Assembly (NCBI GenBank): GCA_963743915.1
Contig: CAVURN010000002.1
Coordinates: forward strand, 480,001 to 544,000
Length of the DNA stretch: 64,000 bases
Origin: an uncultured Actinomycetota bacterium
GTDB taxonomy: Bacteria; Actinomycetota; Actinomycetes; JAHEKZ01
Direction: 5' to 3'
This document shows positions 9,721 through 20,758 of this stretch, one piece after another. Below the pieces are notes generated by a model that was given only the letters and a program-made list of their open reading frames with translations, was not told where the DNA came from and made no database searches. Made by a program: the position numbers and the translations under genes. Each line of letters begins with the position of its first letter. Positions within the stretch are counted from its first letter, which is position 1.

Positions 9721-10937
9721 GGGTGCGCCTCGTTCCGCGGGAACAGCTGCTCGTCCGGCAGGAACGAGACCTCCAGTCTCCCGCCGCTCAGCCGCGCACC
9801 GGTCACGTCACAGCGGCGCAGCACGCTCGGGAGCGCCAGCACCCGACGGCGACCGGACACGGTGACCACCAGGTCAGAACCGACCCTCGACAGGTCAAGT
9901 GCGTCGCGGTCCGCCAAGGGCAGCGGCAAGGAGAGCAGGTAACCGCGCCCGCTCTCGACGACGCTCAGCGGTTCGGCGAGCTCGCGCACGGCAATGGGAT
10001 CGTCGCTCCCGTACACCCTCTCTCCGAGGTCGCGGAGGCTGGAGCTGCCCAGCGGTTCAGCGGATGCGTACGGGGCCACATGGATCGGCAGCGGAGCAAA
10101 GGAGTCGGCAACCTCGGCCAGCAGCTCCTGCTGCGCCTCCGCCCATCCTTGCCGCCAGGAGTCGTTGCTCGGGCCGAAGACCCGGTTGGCGAGTACGGCG
10201 TCGACGCGGTACCCGTACAGCGACAGCTGCGTCAGAGCCCGGCGGGCTTCCGCCACCACCACGGACTCAGGGGTGAGAACCAGGCGCACCGTGGTCCGAG
10301 GCGCCTTCAGCACACGCTGCACGTCGAGGAGCTCGGCCTGCAGCCGCTCGGCCGCCTCCCACACCTCAGGACGCGGGGACGGCAGACCGACAGCGGGAGC
10401 AAGCAGCGGACGGAGTGCGCGGACCACGCGCCGTTCCATGGGGAAGACCTTGGTGAGGTACCAGTCGAGTGCCTCCGGCAGGGCAAGCAGCCGCAAGGTC
10501 TCGGCGGTCGGTGCACAGTCCACGACGACCAGATCCCAGCGTCCGCTGCATGCCTGGTCCCGCACCTCGAGCAGAGCCAACAGCTCCTCGGCGCCGGGAA
10601 TGACCGTGAGCTCCTCGGCGCGGAGCGCATCAAGGCCTGCGGCACCCAGCGCGTCCACGAGGTAGCGCTGGATCTCTGACCAGGTCTCCTGCAGACGCTT
10701 CTGGGTGTCGATCTGCTGCACGAAGAGGGCGGCCGACACCTCGGTGGCTCCCGCTCCGAGCTCGACGTCGAAAGCGTCGCCCAGCGAGTGGGCGGGGTCC
10801 GTGGACAGGATCAGCGTCTTGTGACCCTCGGCAGCGGCCCGCGCCGCAGTGGCCGCTGCCAGTGTCGTCTTGCCGACACCTCCCTTGCCGGTGAAGAGCA
10901 AGGTGCGTGCAGCGCCACCCGGTTCGCCTCCCACCAC
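9717..10937 (-). CDS. ArsA/GET3-family ATPase
   Basis: GKGGVGKTT, STDPAHSL, DCAPT; C-terminal HSP20-like domain. Confidence 0.9.
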   Translation of the reverse strand: MVGGEPGGAARTLLFTGKGGVGKTTLAAATAARAAAEGHKTLILSTDPAHSLGDAFDVELGAGATEVSAALFVQQIDTQKRLQETWSEIQRYLVDALGAAGLDALRAEELTVIPGAEELLALLEVRDQACSGRWDLVVVDCAPTAETLRLLALPEALDWYLTKVFPMERRVVRALRPLLAPAVGLPSPRPEVWEAAERLQAELLDVQRVLKAPRTTVRLVLTPESVVVAEARRALTQLSLYGYRVDAVLANRVFGPSNDSWRQGWAEAQQELLAEVADSFAPLPIHVAPYASAEPLGSSSLRDLGERVYGSDDPIAVRELAEPLSVVESGRGYLLSLPLPLADRDALDLSRVGSDLVVTVSGRRRVLALPSVLRRCDVTGARLSGGRLEVSFLPDEQLFPRNEAHP

Positions 10938-11372
10938 TCAGCCCTCGATCCGCTTCTTCAGCTCTTTGAGGGCGGTGTCGGTGATGACCTTCTCCGCCTT
11001 GCGGCGGAGCAGTCCGATCATGGGCATCTTGAGGTCGAGGGTCAGCTCGTACTCGACGTCCGTCCCCCCGCCCGGGTGGGGGCGCAGCCGGTAGGCGCCG
11101 TCCATCGCCGTCAGCATCTGGGCGGTGACCAGGGTCCACGTCACCTGCCGGTCGTCCTGCCAGGAGTACTCGAGGGTGTAGGTGTCCTTGATGACGCCGG
11201 CGTCCAGGACGAACTCAGCCTGGGTCGGTCGTCCGTCGTCTCCGCGGGACAGCACCGTCACGGATCGGACCGAGCCGGTCCACTCCGGGTATGCCTCCAC
11301 GTCGGCTATCTCCGCCATCACTGCAGATGCGGGGGCATCGACCGTGATGGTCGACGAGGTGCGCTCTGCCAT
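10938..11372 (-). CDS. SRPBCC / polyketide cyclase-like lipid-binding protein
   Basis: IADVEAYPEW...ALKELKKRIEG; conserved neighbour of ArsA. Confidence 0.85.
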   Translation of the reverse strand: MAERTSSTITVDAPASAVMAEIADVEAYPEWTGSVRSVTVLSRGDDGRPTQAEFVLDAGVIKDTYTLEYSWQDDRQVTWTLVTAQMLTAMDGAYRLRPHPGGGTDVEYELTLDLKMPMIGLLRRKAEKVITDTALKELKKRIEG

Positions 11373-11420
11373 ACCGCTCCCAGGACGGACGAGTTGGACC
11401 GACTGCGAGGGTATCGGGAG

Positions 11421-11936
11421 TCAGAAGATGAGCCCCAGCGCGGTGAGGCCGAAGAAGGCAAGCGCTCCGACGAGCACCATCCCGCCGAACATCACGGCCA
11501 TCCGCACACTCCGGTCGCTCATGCGTTCGGCAAGGGCTGCGGACCTGTCGTTCTGGCGGTGCTCGGCGGCGAGCATCGACAACATGACGTCCACGTCGTC
11601 GAGGCCCGCATCGGTCGACGCCTCAGCCGCGGCAGAGGCATCGATCGCGGCCGACACGGGCTCGGACGAGGCGAAGGCAGGCCTGGGCGCGGGCTCAGCG
11701 ACCAGTGGCGGAGCCAGCGGCGCCAAGAGGTCAGTCGACTGCGACTCGTCGATCATCTCGAGCGTCTGCCCCACCTGCTCGTCCGGCAGTCCCGACGACT
11801 CGCGCTGCTCGAGCTCCTCGAGGGGCGCAGTCAAGGGGTCGAAGTCGGCCTCGACCTGGGCGTAGCACAGCGAGCACCACCCCTGGTCGGGCCGGAGGGT
11901 GGCGCCACACTGGGCGCACGACAACGTGGTGCTCAC
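11421..11936 (-). CDS. hypothetical Zn-ribbon protein with C-terminal TM anchor
   Basis: CAQC-x9-CSLC at the N-terminus, acidic linker, hydrophobic tail. Confidence 0.65.
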   Translation of the reverse strand: MSTTLSCAQCGATLRPDQGWCSLCYAQVEADFDPLTAPLEELEQRESSGLPDEQVGQTLEMIDESQSTDLLAPLAPPLVAEPAPRPAFASSEPVSAAIDASAAAEASTDAGLDDVDVMLSMLAAEHRQNDRSAALAERMSDRSVRMAVMFGGMVLVGALAFFGLTALGLIF

Positions 11937-11944
11937 GCCCACTG

Positions 11945-11972
11945 TGCTCGGCAAGGTTGGGCCCAGTCTTGA
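11945..11972 (-). promoter_or_regulatory. sigma-28-type promoter
   Basis: TCAAG-N15-GCCGAGCA, 8 nt before the GTG start. Confidence 0.55.
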
Positions 11973-12014
11973 CCCCGCAGGGGGTGCGGTGTTGCAGAGT
12001 GCCGGTTCAGCGGG

Positions 12015-12042
12015 TCAACTGGGGGCTCCGACGAGCCGATGG
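12015..12042 (+). promoter_or_regulatory. sigma-28-type promoter
   Basis: TCAAC-N15-GCCGATGG, 7 nt before the ATG. Confidence 0.6.
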
Positions 12043-12049
12043 GGGGTCA

Positions 12050-12758
12050 ATGAGCGCTGTGGTGGAGGCCCGCGGCCTCACGGTCTCCTTCGGTCCGGTG
12101 ACCGCTGTCGAGGGATTCGACCTGTCCGTGCCGGCACGTGCCTCGGTCGCGCTGGTCGGTCGCAACGGTGCCGGCAAGTCCACCACCCTGAAGGTGCTCG
12201 CCGGCGTCCTTCCGCCGACCACGGGGACCGTCACCATCGCGGGGGTCGACGCGGTCCGCCACCCCGACCAGGCGCGCGCCCGGGTCGGCTACTGCCCCGA
12301 TGTCGGTGGGCTGATTCCTCGAGCCACACCCTGGGAGCACCTGCAGCTGGCAGCGACGCTCCGCGGCATGGGTCGTGGGTGGGAGGACCGGGCCACCGAC
12401 CTGTTGGACCGCTTCGATCTGCTCGGCGTCGCCGACCGCGTCACCGCTGGGTTCTCGCACGGCATGGGGCGTCGCATGTCCGTTCTTCTGGCCGCCTTTC
12501 ACGAGCCGGAGGTGCTGCTGCTGGACGAGCCGTTCGACGGCGTCGATCCGCTGGGCGTCGACGCCACCATGGACGTGATCCGACGAGCTGCGTGCCACCG
12601 GTTCGGCGGTTCTCGTCTCGACGCACCTGCTCGAGCTGGCTGTCCAGGCGTGTGAGCAGGCCGTCGTCCTTCGCCGCGGCAAGGTTGTGGCAGCTGCCCC
12701 GGCACAGGATCTCAGCGGTGAAGCCGGTGCCGCCACGTACCGGGCCCTGCTGACATGA
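12050..12758 (+). CDS. ABC transporter ATP-binding protein (frameshift near 12595)
   Basis: GRNGAGKST, FSHGM signature, LLLDEP, STH in the shifted frame. Confidence 0.85.
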
Positions 12759-14288
12759 CGTCACTCGCCTCGGTCCCCGGACCGACGCGCCAGCTCGGTG
12801 CACTGGTGGCTCTCCGATGGCGCATGGTCCGTTCGAGACCCTTGAGGATCGCGCTCGCCGCGCTCGGCGTCGTGCCGGTCGCCCTTGTCCTTCTGGGCAT
12901 GACGTCCTTGAGCTACCTGCCGACCGAGCAGGCGGTGAACCTGGCACTCGCCACGCCCACGCTCTACCTCGGCTTCGTCCTGCTCGCGATCATCGCGCCT
13001 CTGGTGTCCGGCGGCGGCTACGAGCTCTACCCGCCGGACCAGCTCGTCGCCTATCCCATGCGGCCGGCAACCGTGTTCCGAAGCACGTTGATCCTGGCGC
13101 CGGCCAACCTCGCCTGGATGCTCAACGTGATCGCACTCTTCGTGGTCACCAGCTTCGCCGCGGGACCGATCAGCTGGGGACCTACTGCGCGTTCCTTGTT
13201 GATCGTCGGTGGCTTCATCGGAGTGGCCACGGTGGCCGGTCACGCGATCGGTTGGCTGGTGGTGGGCTTCCGACAGTCACGAAGGGGGCGCATCGGGACC
13301 AATGTCCTGGCAGGGGTGTGCGCCGCGGGCCTGCTCGCCATCTTCTGGTCCGATCGGGTCCTCTGGGTGCTCGACCACTCGCCGACGCAGCGAGTCCTGG
13401 TCAGCGTCTACGACGGGTACAACGGCAAGTACCTGGCCTGGCTGACAGTGCTAGTCGTGATGACAGCCCTGGCCTACGGGGCACTACGGCTGGGTGAGTT
13501 GGCCACGGCCTGGGCATTGCGACGTCCTGGCGACCACGCGGACCAGACCAGCTCTCGCGCCATTCCCCGCCGTCCGCACCACACCCACCCCCTGCTCACG
13601 CTGCTCGCTGTCGACCACGCCAGCGTGTGGCGTTCCATACCCTTGAGGCGCGGGGTGCTCGTCCTCATGCTGGTCCCGGCGGCCGTTGCCGCTCTCGCTG
13701 GCATGTCGTGGCAGTCGCTGATCCTGGTCCCTGGCCTCATCGCGGCCGGTGCCGGGCTGCTCTTCGGCATCAACGCATTCACCCTGGACTCCGCCGGTGC
13801 CCTGTGGCTCGCCACCTTGCCGCGGTGGGCTTCGTTCGCCTTCGCCTCCAAGGTCATCGTGTTCGCGCGAGGTCGCGGTGGGGGCCGTGATGTCGGCGTT
13901 GATCGGTGGCTCTCTGCGGGCGGACGCCCCGGCCAGCGCGGCCGAGGTCACGGCCGCTCTGACCTCCGCACTGACGTGCGCGGCAATCGTCGTCGTCATC
14001 GGGATGCGAGCCTCTCTGCAGCATCCCTATCGAGCAGAGCTGCGTGGTCCCCGGGACACCCCGGCGACGCCGGGGGTCATGGCGATGCAGTCCATCCGCT
14101 TCGCCGTCGTCACCACCCTGGTGAGCCTGTTCTTCGGCGGCCTGGCCCTCACCGGTGTCTGGTGGGTGCCGCCACTGGCTGCGGTCCCGGTGCTGGCCGT
14201 GTGCGCACTGCACCTGATCAGCACGGCGCGTGCGTGGGACCACCCGCACGTCCGCGCGCACGTCGTGCTGACCGTCGCAGGTGGGTGA
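12755..14288 (+). CDS. multi-pass ABC exporter permease (frameshift near 13870)
   Basis: About 12 TM segments; ATGA overlap with the ATPase. Confidence 0.75.
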
Positions 14289-14484
14289 GACGCCTAGTTC
14301 GATATGTCTAGACCGTGAGAACTAGAGGCGTGAAGGGAAGGGCCTGCGCGAATCCGACGGGGCGGCATGGCACGATGCGCACTGAGCGGCAGTAGCCGCC
14401 GGACAGGCCCCGGGGACGTGATGCGAGTCAACGCTCGACACCGCACAGGATCGTGCACGGTTTCGATTTTGTCCGTCTTGTTCC

Positions 14485-14512
14485 CTCAACCGCGGGCCAC
14501 ACACTCCGATAG
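14485..14512 (+). promoter_or_regulatory. sigma-28-type promoter of the tad operon
   Basis: CTCA-N16-TCCGATAG, 8 nt before the cpaB ATG. Confidence 0.6.
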
Positions 14513-14520
14513 AAGGACCT

Positions 14521-15259
14521 ATGGGACGTAGAACACTTCTGCTCATCGCCGCTCTGGTGGTCGCCGCGCTCGGCACGGTGCTCATCTTCGTGTACGTGAC
14601 AGAACGTGGAGGACGACGCGTACGGCGACGCCACGCTCGTGCAGGTGCTCGTCGCCACGTCGGACGTGGCCGCGGGGACCACCGCGTCCGAGGCCTCCGC
14701 CAACGGTGCCTTCGAGCTCGTAGGAGCTGCCCCAGTCGGCGACTGCGACCGGTGCGCTCGCGAACATCGACATCATCGCCGACCAGGTTGCGCTGACACC
14801 TGTCTTCGAGGGTCAGCAGATCCTGGCGCAGATGTTCGGCGCGCCAGGTACCACGTCGACGCTGTCTGTCCCCGACGGCCTGCTCGCCATCTCGGTGCAG
14901 CTCGGTGACCCTGAGCGCGTCGCGGGCTTCGTCGCACCGGGGTCCGACGTCACCATCTTCGCCACCGTCTCAGGTGGAACCGACGGAGCATCTGAGTTCA
15001 CGCAGGTGCTGCTGCCCGAGGTACAGGTGATCGGTGTCGGCACGACCACGCGTGACGACGCAGACCACGACGTCGAGAGGGCGGCGAGCAGACCACCGAG
15101 GAGGTTCCTCGCACGGTCCTGACGCTCGCCGTCGACCAGCAGGAGGCACAGCGCATCATCAGCGCGCAGACTGTCGGCGAACTGTACTTCGGACTTCGTG
15201 GTGCGGACGCCAAGGTGAACGCCGGTCGCCCGACCAACCCACAGAACCTGTTCCGCTGA
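14521..15259 (+). CDS. cpaB: Flp pilus assembly protein CpaB/RcpC (several frameshifts)
   Basis: N-terminal TM, SAF-like VLVATSDVAAG, VAGFVAPGSDV, VLTLAVDQQEAQ. Confidence 0.82.
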
Positions 15260-16470
15260 TGACCGCAATCCTGGACTACGACCAGAACGGGGCGGAGACC
15301 CTCCGCTCGGCGCTCGGCGCCGACGTGGTGGCTCTCCCGACACTGGACGCGCTCCGTCGCCACCTCGACACACATCTTGGCGAGGACACAGTGGTGGTCG
15401 GGTCGTCGGTCGACCTCGAGAGCGCTCTCGATCTGGCCAACCGGATGCGGGTCACCAGGCCCAGCCTCGGGGTCGTCGTCGTCCGCCGTCGCGTCGACAC
15501 CTCGGTCCTGGCCGACGCCCTGCGGGCGGGTGTCCGCGAGGTGTGCGAGGAGCGCGACCTGGCCGGCATCAATGCGGCGGTCCGTCGGGTCAAGGAGCTT
15601 GCACACTCCCTGCGCGAGACGGTCCCGGGTGCGGCATCACCAGCGGACGACGAGGATCGTGGCACGCTCGTCACGGTCTTCTCCGCCAAGGGCGGGTGCG
15701 GCAAGACCACGCTGTCGACGAATCTTGCCGTCGCGCTGACCGAGCACGGACGCAACAGCGTCTGCTTGGTCGACCTCGATCTGTCCTTCGGGGACGTCGC
15801 GATTGCGCTGCAGCTCTTCCCCGCGCACACCATCGCCGATGCGGTGAACCTCGGCGACCAGCTCGATGTCGCCGCGGTCGAGTCGCTGCTCACTCCGCAC
15901 GCGAACATTCCCAACCTGTCCACGCTCGTGGCGCCGCTCGACCCGGGTTCGAACCGTGGGATCACCGCCGACATCGTTGGCCAGATTCTGACGATCCTGA
16001 AGGAGAAGTTCGACTACGTCGTGGTCGACACTCCCCCTGCGTTCGACGAACAGGTGCTCGAGGCACTCGACCAGAGCGACCTCATCGCGCTGATCGCCAC
16101 GCTCGACATCCCCGCGCTCAAGAACCTCAAGCTGACGCTCGAGACGCTGGAGGAGATCAACTTCCCGCGAGAGAAGTGGGCAGTGATCCTCAACCGCTCC
16201 GACTCCAAGGTCGGGTTGGCCCTCAACGAGGTGGAGAAGACGCTGCGCGTCCCGATCTCGGTCCAGATCCCCAGCTCGCGCGACGTTCCGGCAGCTATCA
16301 ACCGCGGTGTGCCGATCATTTACGACGACCCCAAGCACGCGGTCAGCATCGCCATCCGCCAGTTCGCCGAGAAGTACGTGCTCGTACCGCACACCGCCGA
16401 GTCCTCGATCCCGCCCGAGCTCCGCAACGACCGCCGCGGGCTCCTTCGCAGGAAGGCGAAGACCTCATGA
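15259..16470 (+). CDS. cpaE: CpaE/TadZ pilus localisation ATPase (MinD-like)
   Basis: SAKGGCGKTT, VDLDLSFGD, VVVDTPP; degenerate N-terminal receiver. Confidence 0.88.
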   Translation: MTAILDYDQNGAETLRSALGADVVALPTLDALRRHLDTHLGEDTVVVGSSVDLESALDLANRMRVTRPSLGVVVVRRRVDTSVLADALRAGVREVCEERDLAGINAAVRRVKELAHSLRETVPGAASPADDEDRGTLVTVFSAKGGCGKTTLSTNLAVALTEHGRNSVCLVDLDLSFGDVAIALQLFPAHTIADAVNLGDQLDVAAVESLLTPHANIPNLSTLVAPLDPGSNRGITADIVGQILTILKEKFDYVVVDTPPAFDEQVLEALDQSDLIALIATLDIPALKNLKLTLETLEEINFPREKWAVILNRSDSKVGLALNEVEKTLRVPISVQIPSSRDVPAAINRGVPIIYDDPKHAVSIAIRQFAEKYVLVPHTAESSIPPELRNDRRGLLRRKAKTS

Positions 16471-17861
16471 GCCTGGCCGACCGTCTCGCTGAAGCCCGCC
16501 GACAGAAGGCGCCCACCGCGACCACTGCCGACGAGGCCGACACGCTCACCGGCAAGCCCACGTCGAAGCGCAAGTCGAACGACCCCTTCGCTGATCTGAA
16601 GCGCCAGGTGCACCAGGCTCTGCTCGACAGCCTCGGTCCGAAGCTCTACGACTCGCGCCAGACTCAGAGCGAGCTCGAGCAGAAGGTGCGGCAGTCGCTG
16701 CAGGAGGTACTCAGCGCAGAAGACACCCCCCTCACGACGGCGGACCGGGCGCGCATCGCGCAGGAGATCGCCGACGACATCCTGGGGTACGGACCGCTCG
16801 AGCCGTACCTGCGGGACCCGGACATCACCGAGGTCATGGTCAACGGCCACACCGACGTCTGGATCGAGCGCGCCGGACGCCTGTACAAGACCGAGGGTGA
16901 GTTCGCCGACGAGAACCACCTGCGTCGGACGATCGACAAGATCGTCGCGCGGGTGGGACGCCGTGTGGATGAGTCGAGCCCGATGGTCGACGCCCGGCTC
17001 CCTGACGGCAGCCGCGTCAACGCCGTCGTGCCGCCGTTGGCACTCGACGGCTCCCTGCTGACCGTGCGCAAGTTCGCCGCCGACCCGTACAGCATCGAAG
17101 ACCTCATCGGCTTCGGGACGCTGAGTCGCACGGTGGCCGAGTTCCTCGACGCCTGTGTGCGAGGAAAGCTGAACATCCTCGTCTCCGGCGGCACCGGTGC
17201 CGGCAAGACCACGACGCTCAACGTGCTCTCGACCTTCATTCCCGAGGATGAGCGGATCGTCACGATCGAGGACGCAGCGGAGCTCCAGCTGCACCAGGAC
17301 CACGTCCTACGGCTTGAGGCTCGTCCGCCCAACATCGAGGGTCGCGGCGAGGTCAAGGTCCGAGACCTGGTTCGCAACGCCCTGCGCATGCGCCCCGACC
17401 GCATCGTCGTCGGTGAGGTCCGCGACGCCGCCGCGCTCGACATGCTGCAGGCGATGAACACCGGTCACGACGGGTCGATCTGCACCGTCCACGCGAACTC
17501 GCCACGAGATGTCCTCGCACGTGTCGAGACCATGGTGCTCATGGCCGGCGTCGACCTTCCGGTGCGAGCCATCCGCGAGCAGGTGTCGAGCGCCATCGAC
17601 CTGGTCGTGCAGCAGACCCGGTTCAAGGACGGCACGCGCCACATCACGCACGTCACCGAGGTCGTGGGCATGGAGGGGGACGTCATCACTCTCCAGGACC
17701 TCTTCCTCTTCGACCACGGAGCCGGGTTCGACGAGAACGGGCGGTCCCTGGGGTCGCTGAAGTCGACCGGGCTGCGCCCCAAGTTCCTCGACAAGCTCGC
17801 CGCCAGCGGCGTGCACGTCGACCCGACGATGTTTGCCTTCGAGAAGTTCGCGGGACGTTGA
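16467..17861 (+). CDS. tadA: CpaF/TadA pilus assembly ATPase
   Basis: GGTGAGKTT, TIEDAAEL, LRMRPDRIVVGEVR, AMNTGHDG. Confidence 0.95.
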   Translation: MSLADRLAEARRQKAPTATTADEADTLTGKPTSKRKSNDPFADLKRQVHQALLDSLGPKLYDSRQTQSELEQKVRQSLQEVLSAEDTPLTTADRARIAQEIADDILGYGPLEPYLRDPDITEVMVNGHTDVWIERAGRLYKTEGEFADENHLRRTIDKIVARVGRRVDESSPMVDARLPDGSRVNAVVPPLALDGSLLTVRKFAADPYSIEDLIGFGTLSRTVAEFLDACVRGKLNILVSGGTGAGKTTTLNVLSTFIPEDERIVTIEDAAELQLHQDHVLRLEARPPNIEGRGEVKVRDLVRNALRMRPDRIVVGEVRDAAALDMLQAMNTGHDGSICTVHANSPRDVLARVETMVLMAGVDLPVRAIREQVSSAIDLVVQQTRFKDGTRHITHVTEVVGMEGDVITLQDLFLFDHGAGFDENGRSLGSLKSTGLRPKFLDKLAASGVHVDPTMFAFEKFAGR

Positions 17862-19813
17862 CCGTGAGGCGCCTCGCGACCGGTCTCGCCGGCGCCCTAG
17901 CGGTGCTGGCCCTGACCCCTGCCCTCGCACTCGCGGACACCTCCGCGACGATCGAGGAGGTTCAAGGCTCACCCGGCGAGCTTGCGATCGTTGTCTCCCT
18001 CAACGGAGTTCCTGTCGGGACAGGCGTCGACGAACGGGATGTCACCGCATCCGTCGAGGGCATCCCGCTCGATGTCCGCGTCGAGGCGATCTCCGAGAGC
18101 AGCGACATCGAGCAGACCGCCATGCTCGTCATGGACACCAGCGACTCGATGGCCGGTGAGAAGCTGACGGCCGCCCAGGCTGCCGCGTCGGACTTCGTGG
18201 CAGCGATCCCGGACGACGTCGCCGTCGGGCTGATCACGTTCGACAGCGAGGCCCGCGTCGTCGTCGAGCCCACCACTGAGCATGCGCAGGTGGACGCGGC
18301 GATCGACCAGCTGACAACTGCCCCCAAGACCCTGCTGTACGACGGCGTCACGCTCGCCGCGGAGCAGCTCGCCACCTACGACGTGGCGAGTGCCCTGGTC
18401 CTCTCCGACGGGGCCGACCGAGGCAGCACGGCGACCCTTGACGACGCGGTAGCGGCCGTCGAGGACAGTCGCGCGCGGTTCGACGTGGTCTCCTTCGGTC
18501 AGAGCACCGAGCCAGGTCGATGCCCTCGCGGCCATCGCCGATGCCAGCAACGGCACCGTGGCGAAGGCCGAGGATGCGGTCGCCCTGGCCGAGGCCTTCG
18601 ATGCCGCTGCGGCCAGCATCAGCAACCGCTACGTGCTCACCTCGGATGTGCCCGAGGACTTCACCGCGACCTCGGGGACGATCTCCGTGTCCATCCCGGT
18701 GGGCGACGAGATCGTGACCGACTCGACCTTCGTCACCCTCGCCGACCTCCAGCAGCAGGCGGTCGACCGCGCCCAGGATCTTCCTCCAGCACCAGAACCG
18801 GGGCCACTTGCCGTCGTCGCGGACAACCTGATCTGGGTGGCGATCGGCGGCGTCTTCCTCGCCATGGTCATCGTCCTCTACGTGTCCATCTCCGCGGCAA
18901 CAGACCGAGAGACCAGCGGCACTCGCGGGCGTCCGGCGACGGCTGTCGATCTACACCCTCAGCGGGGGCCAGCCGGTCAAGGAGCAGGAGACCACCGTCC
19001 TGGGCGACACCCAGGTGGCGCGCAGCGCGGTTGAGTTCGCTGACCGGGTGGTCACCAAACGCGACTTCGAGTCGGCGATCGGCGACAAGCTGGATGCCGC
19101 TGCGGTGCCGCTGCGCCCGGCGGAGTGGATGCTCATTCACGTGGGTCTGACGATCGGATCCGGTCTCCTCATGCTGCTGCTCTTCAGCGGGCGGCTGCTC
19201 CCGACAGCCCTCGGCATGCTCGCGGGCTTCCTTGCCCCCTGGATCGTACCTGTCGGTCAAGGAGTCAAAGCGCCAGAAGGCGTTCATGGCCGCGCTGCCC
19301 GACACCCTGCAGCTGTTGGCCGGCAGCCTCGCGGCCGGGTACTCGATGCCGCAGGCGGTGGACACGGTCGTCCGCGAGGCCAACCCGCCGATCTCGACCG
19401 AGTTCAACCGTGCGATGGTCGAGACCCGGCTCGGTGTCGATCTCGAGGATGCCCTGCAAGGCATCGCCGACCGCATGGGCAGCGTCGACTTCGCGTGGGT
19501 GGTCATGGCCATCCGCATCCAGCGTGAGGTCGGCGGCAACCTGGCCGAGGTGCTGACGACCGTCGCGGCCACACTGCGGGAGCGCGAGCGTCTGCGTCGC
19601 CAGGTGCAGGTGCTGTCCGCCGAGGGACGGCTGTCGGCCTGGATCCTGGGGGGGCTCCCGATCGTCTTCGCCCTCTACCTGCTCCTGGCCCGGCCGGACT
19701 ACCTTCTCCCAATGGTCCAGAATGTCCTAGGTTGGATCATGTTGGGCATGGGCCTCATCCTCCTGATCGTGGGTGCGCTCTGGCTCCGCAAGGTCGTCAA
19801 GGTGGAGGTGTGA
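17858..19813 (+). CDS. tadB: vWA domain-TadB fusion, type II secretion F family (frameshifts)
   Basis: Signal peptide, MIDAS DTSDS, LSDG; C-terminal LPDTLQLLAGSLAAG, QREVGGNLAE, SAEGRLS. Confidence 0.85.
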
Positions 19814-19814
19814 C

Positions 19815-20755
19815 ATGCCCGCCGAGCTGATGCTGGCCCTCGGCCTGCTGGCGATCTTCGTCGCCATCGCCGTGCTGCTCTCCACCGTCGGCGCCATCAC
19901 CACCGAGCGTCAGGCCGTCAACCGTTCGCTGGCTGCGGTCCAGGCGATCCAGACCTCGCCCGACGTCCATGCAGGCCGAGCTCGACCAGCCCTTCAACGA
20001 CGCGCGTCACCGACCCCGCGCTGCAGAACCTCACCAGCTTCGGGCGCCGGTTCACACCCGCCGACCAGGCCGAGCGCATCAGGCACAAGCTCGATCTCGC
20101 GGGCAACCCCCCCAAGTGGGACGTCGACCGGATCATCGCCTTCAAGGTGCTCGGGCTGTTCGCGGGGCTCGTCCTCGGTCTGCTGCTCGGGGCGGTGCTC
20201 GGGGGGCCGCTTCCGGCGATCGGGCTGGCGGTGGGTGGCACGCTGCTGGGCTACTACGCCCCGAACATGGTGCTCCACCAGACGGCGTACAACCGCAGCG
20301 ACCAGATCCGCAAGGACCTCCCCGACGCCCTCGACCTGCTGACCATCAGCGTCGAGGCGGGCCTCGCCTTCGACGCGGCGGTCTCCCAGGTGGCACGCAA
20401 CACCGAAGGCCCTCTGGCCGACGAGTTCTTCCGCGTCCTGCAGGAGATGCAGATCGGCCTCGGACGCTCGGAGGCCATACGTGCCCTCGGCGACCGCACC
20501 GACGTCGAGGAGCTGCGGAGCTTCGTGACTGCCATGGTGCAGGCGGACGCCTTCGGCATCCCGATCGCCAACGTGCTGCGGGTGCAGGCCAAGGAGATGC
20601 GCGTCAAGCGCTCCCAGCGAGCCGAGGAGATGGCCCAGAAGGTGCCGGTCAAGATCCTCTTCCCGCTGATCTTCTGCATCCTTCCGGTGCTGTTCATCGT
20701 CGTCCTCGGGCCGGCCGCCATCACGATCTACGACGCCTTCATCGCCGGGCAGTAG
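19815..20755 (+). CDS. tadC: TadC platform protein (frameshifts near 19965-20005)
   Basis: LPDALDLLTISVEAGLAFD...AEEMAQKVPVKILFPLIFCILP. Confidence 0.9.
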
Positions 20756-20758
20756 CCG

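Noticed and set aside
9717-10937. Arsenic resistance ATPase
   Set aside because: No ars genes nearby; matches the GET3-like ArsA-SRPBCC housekeeping context
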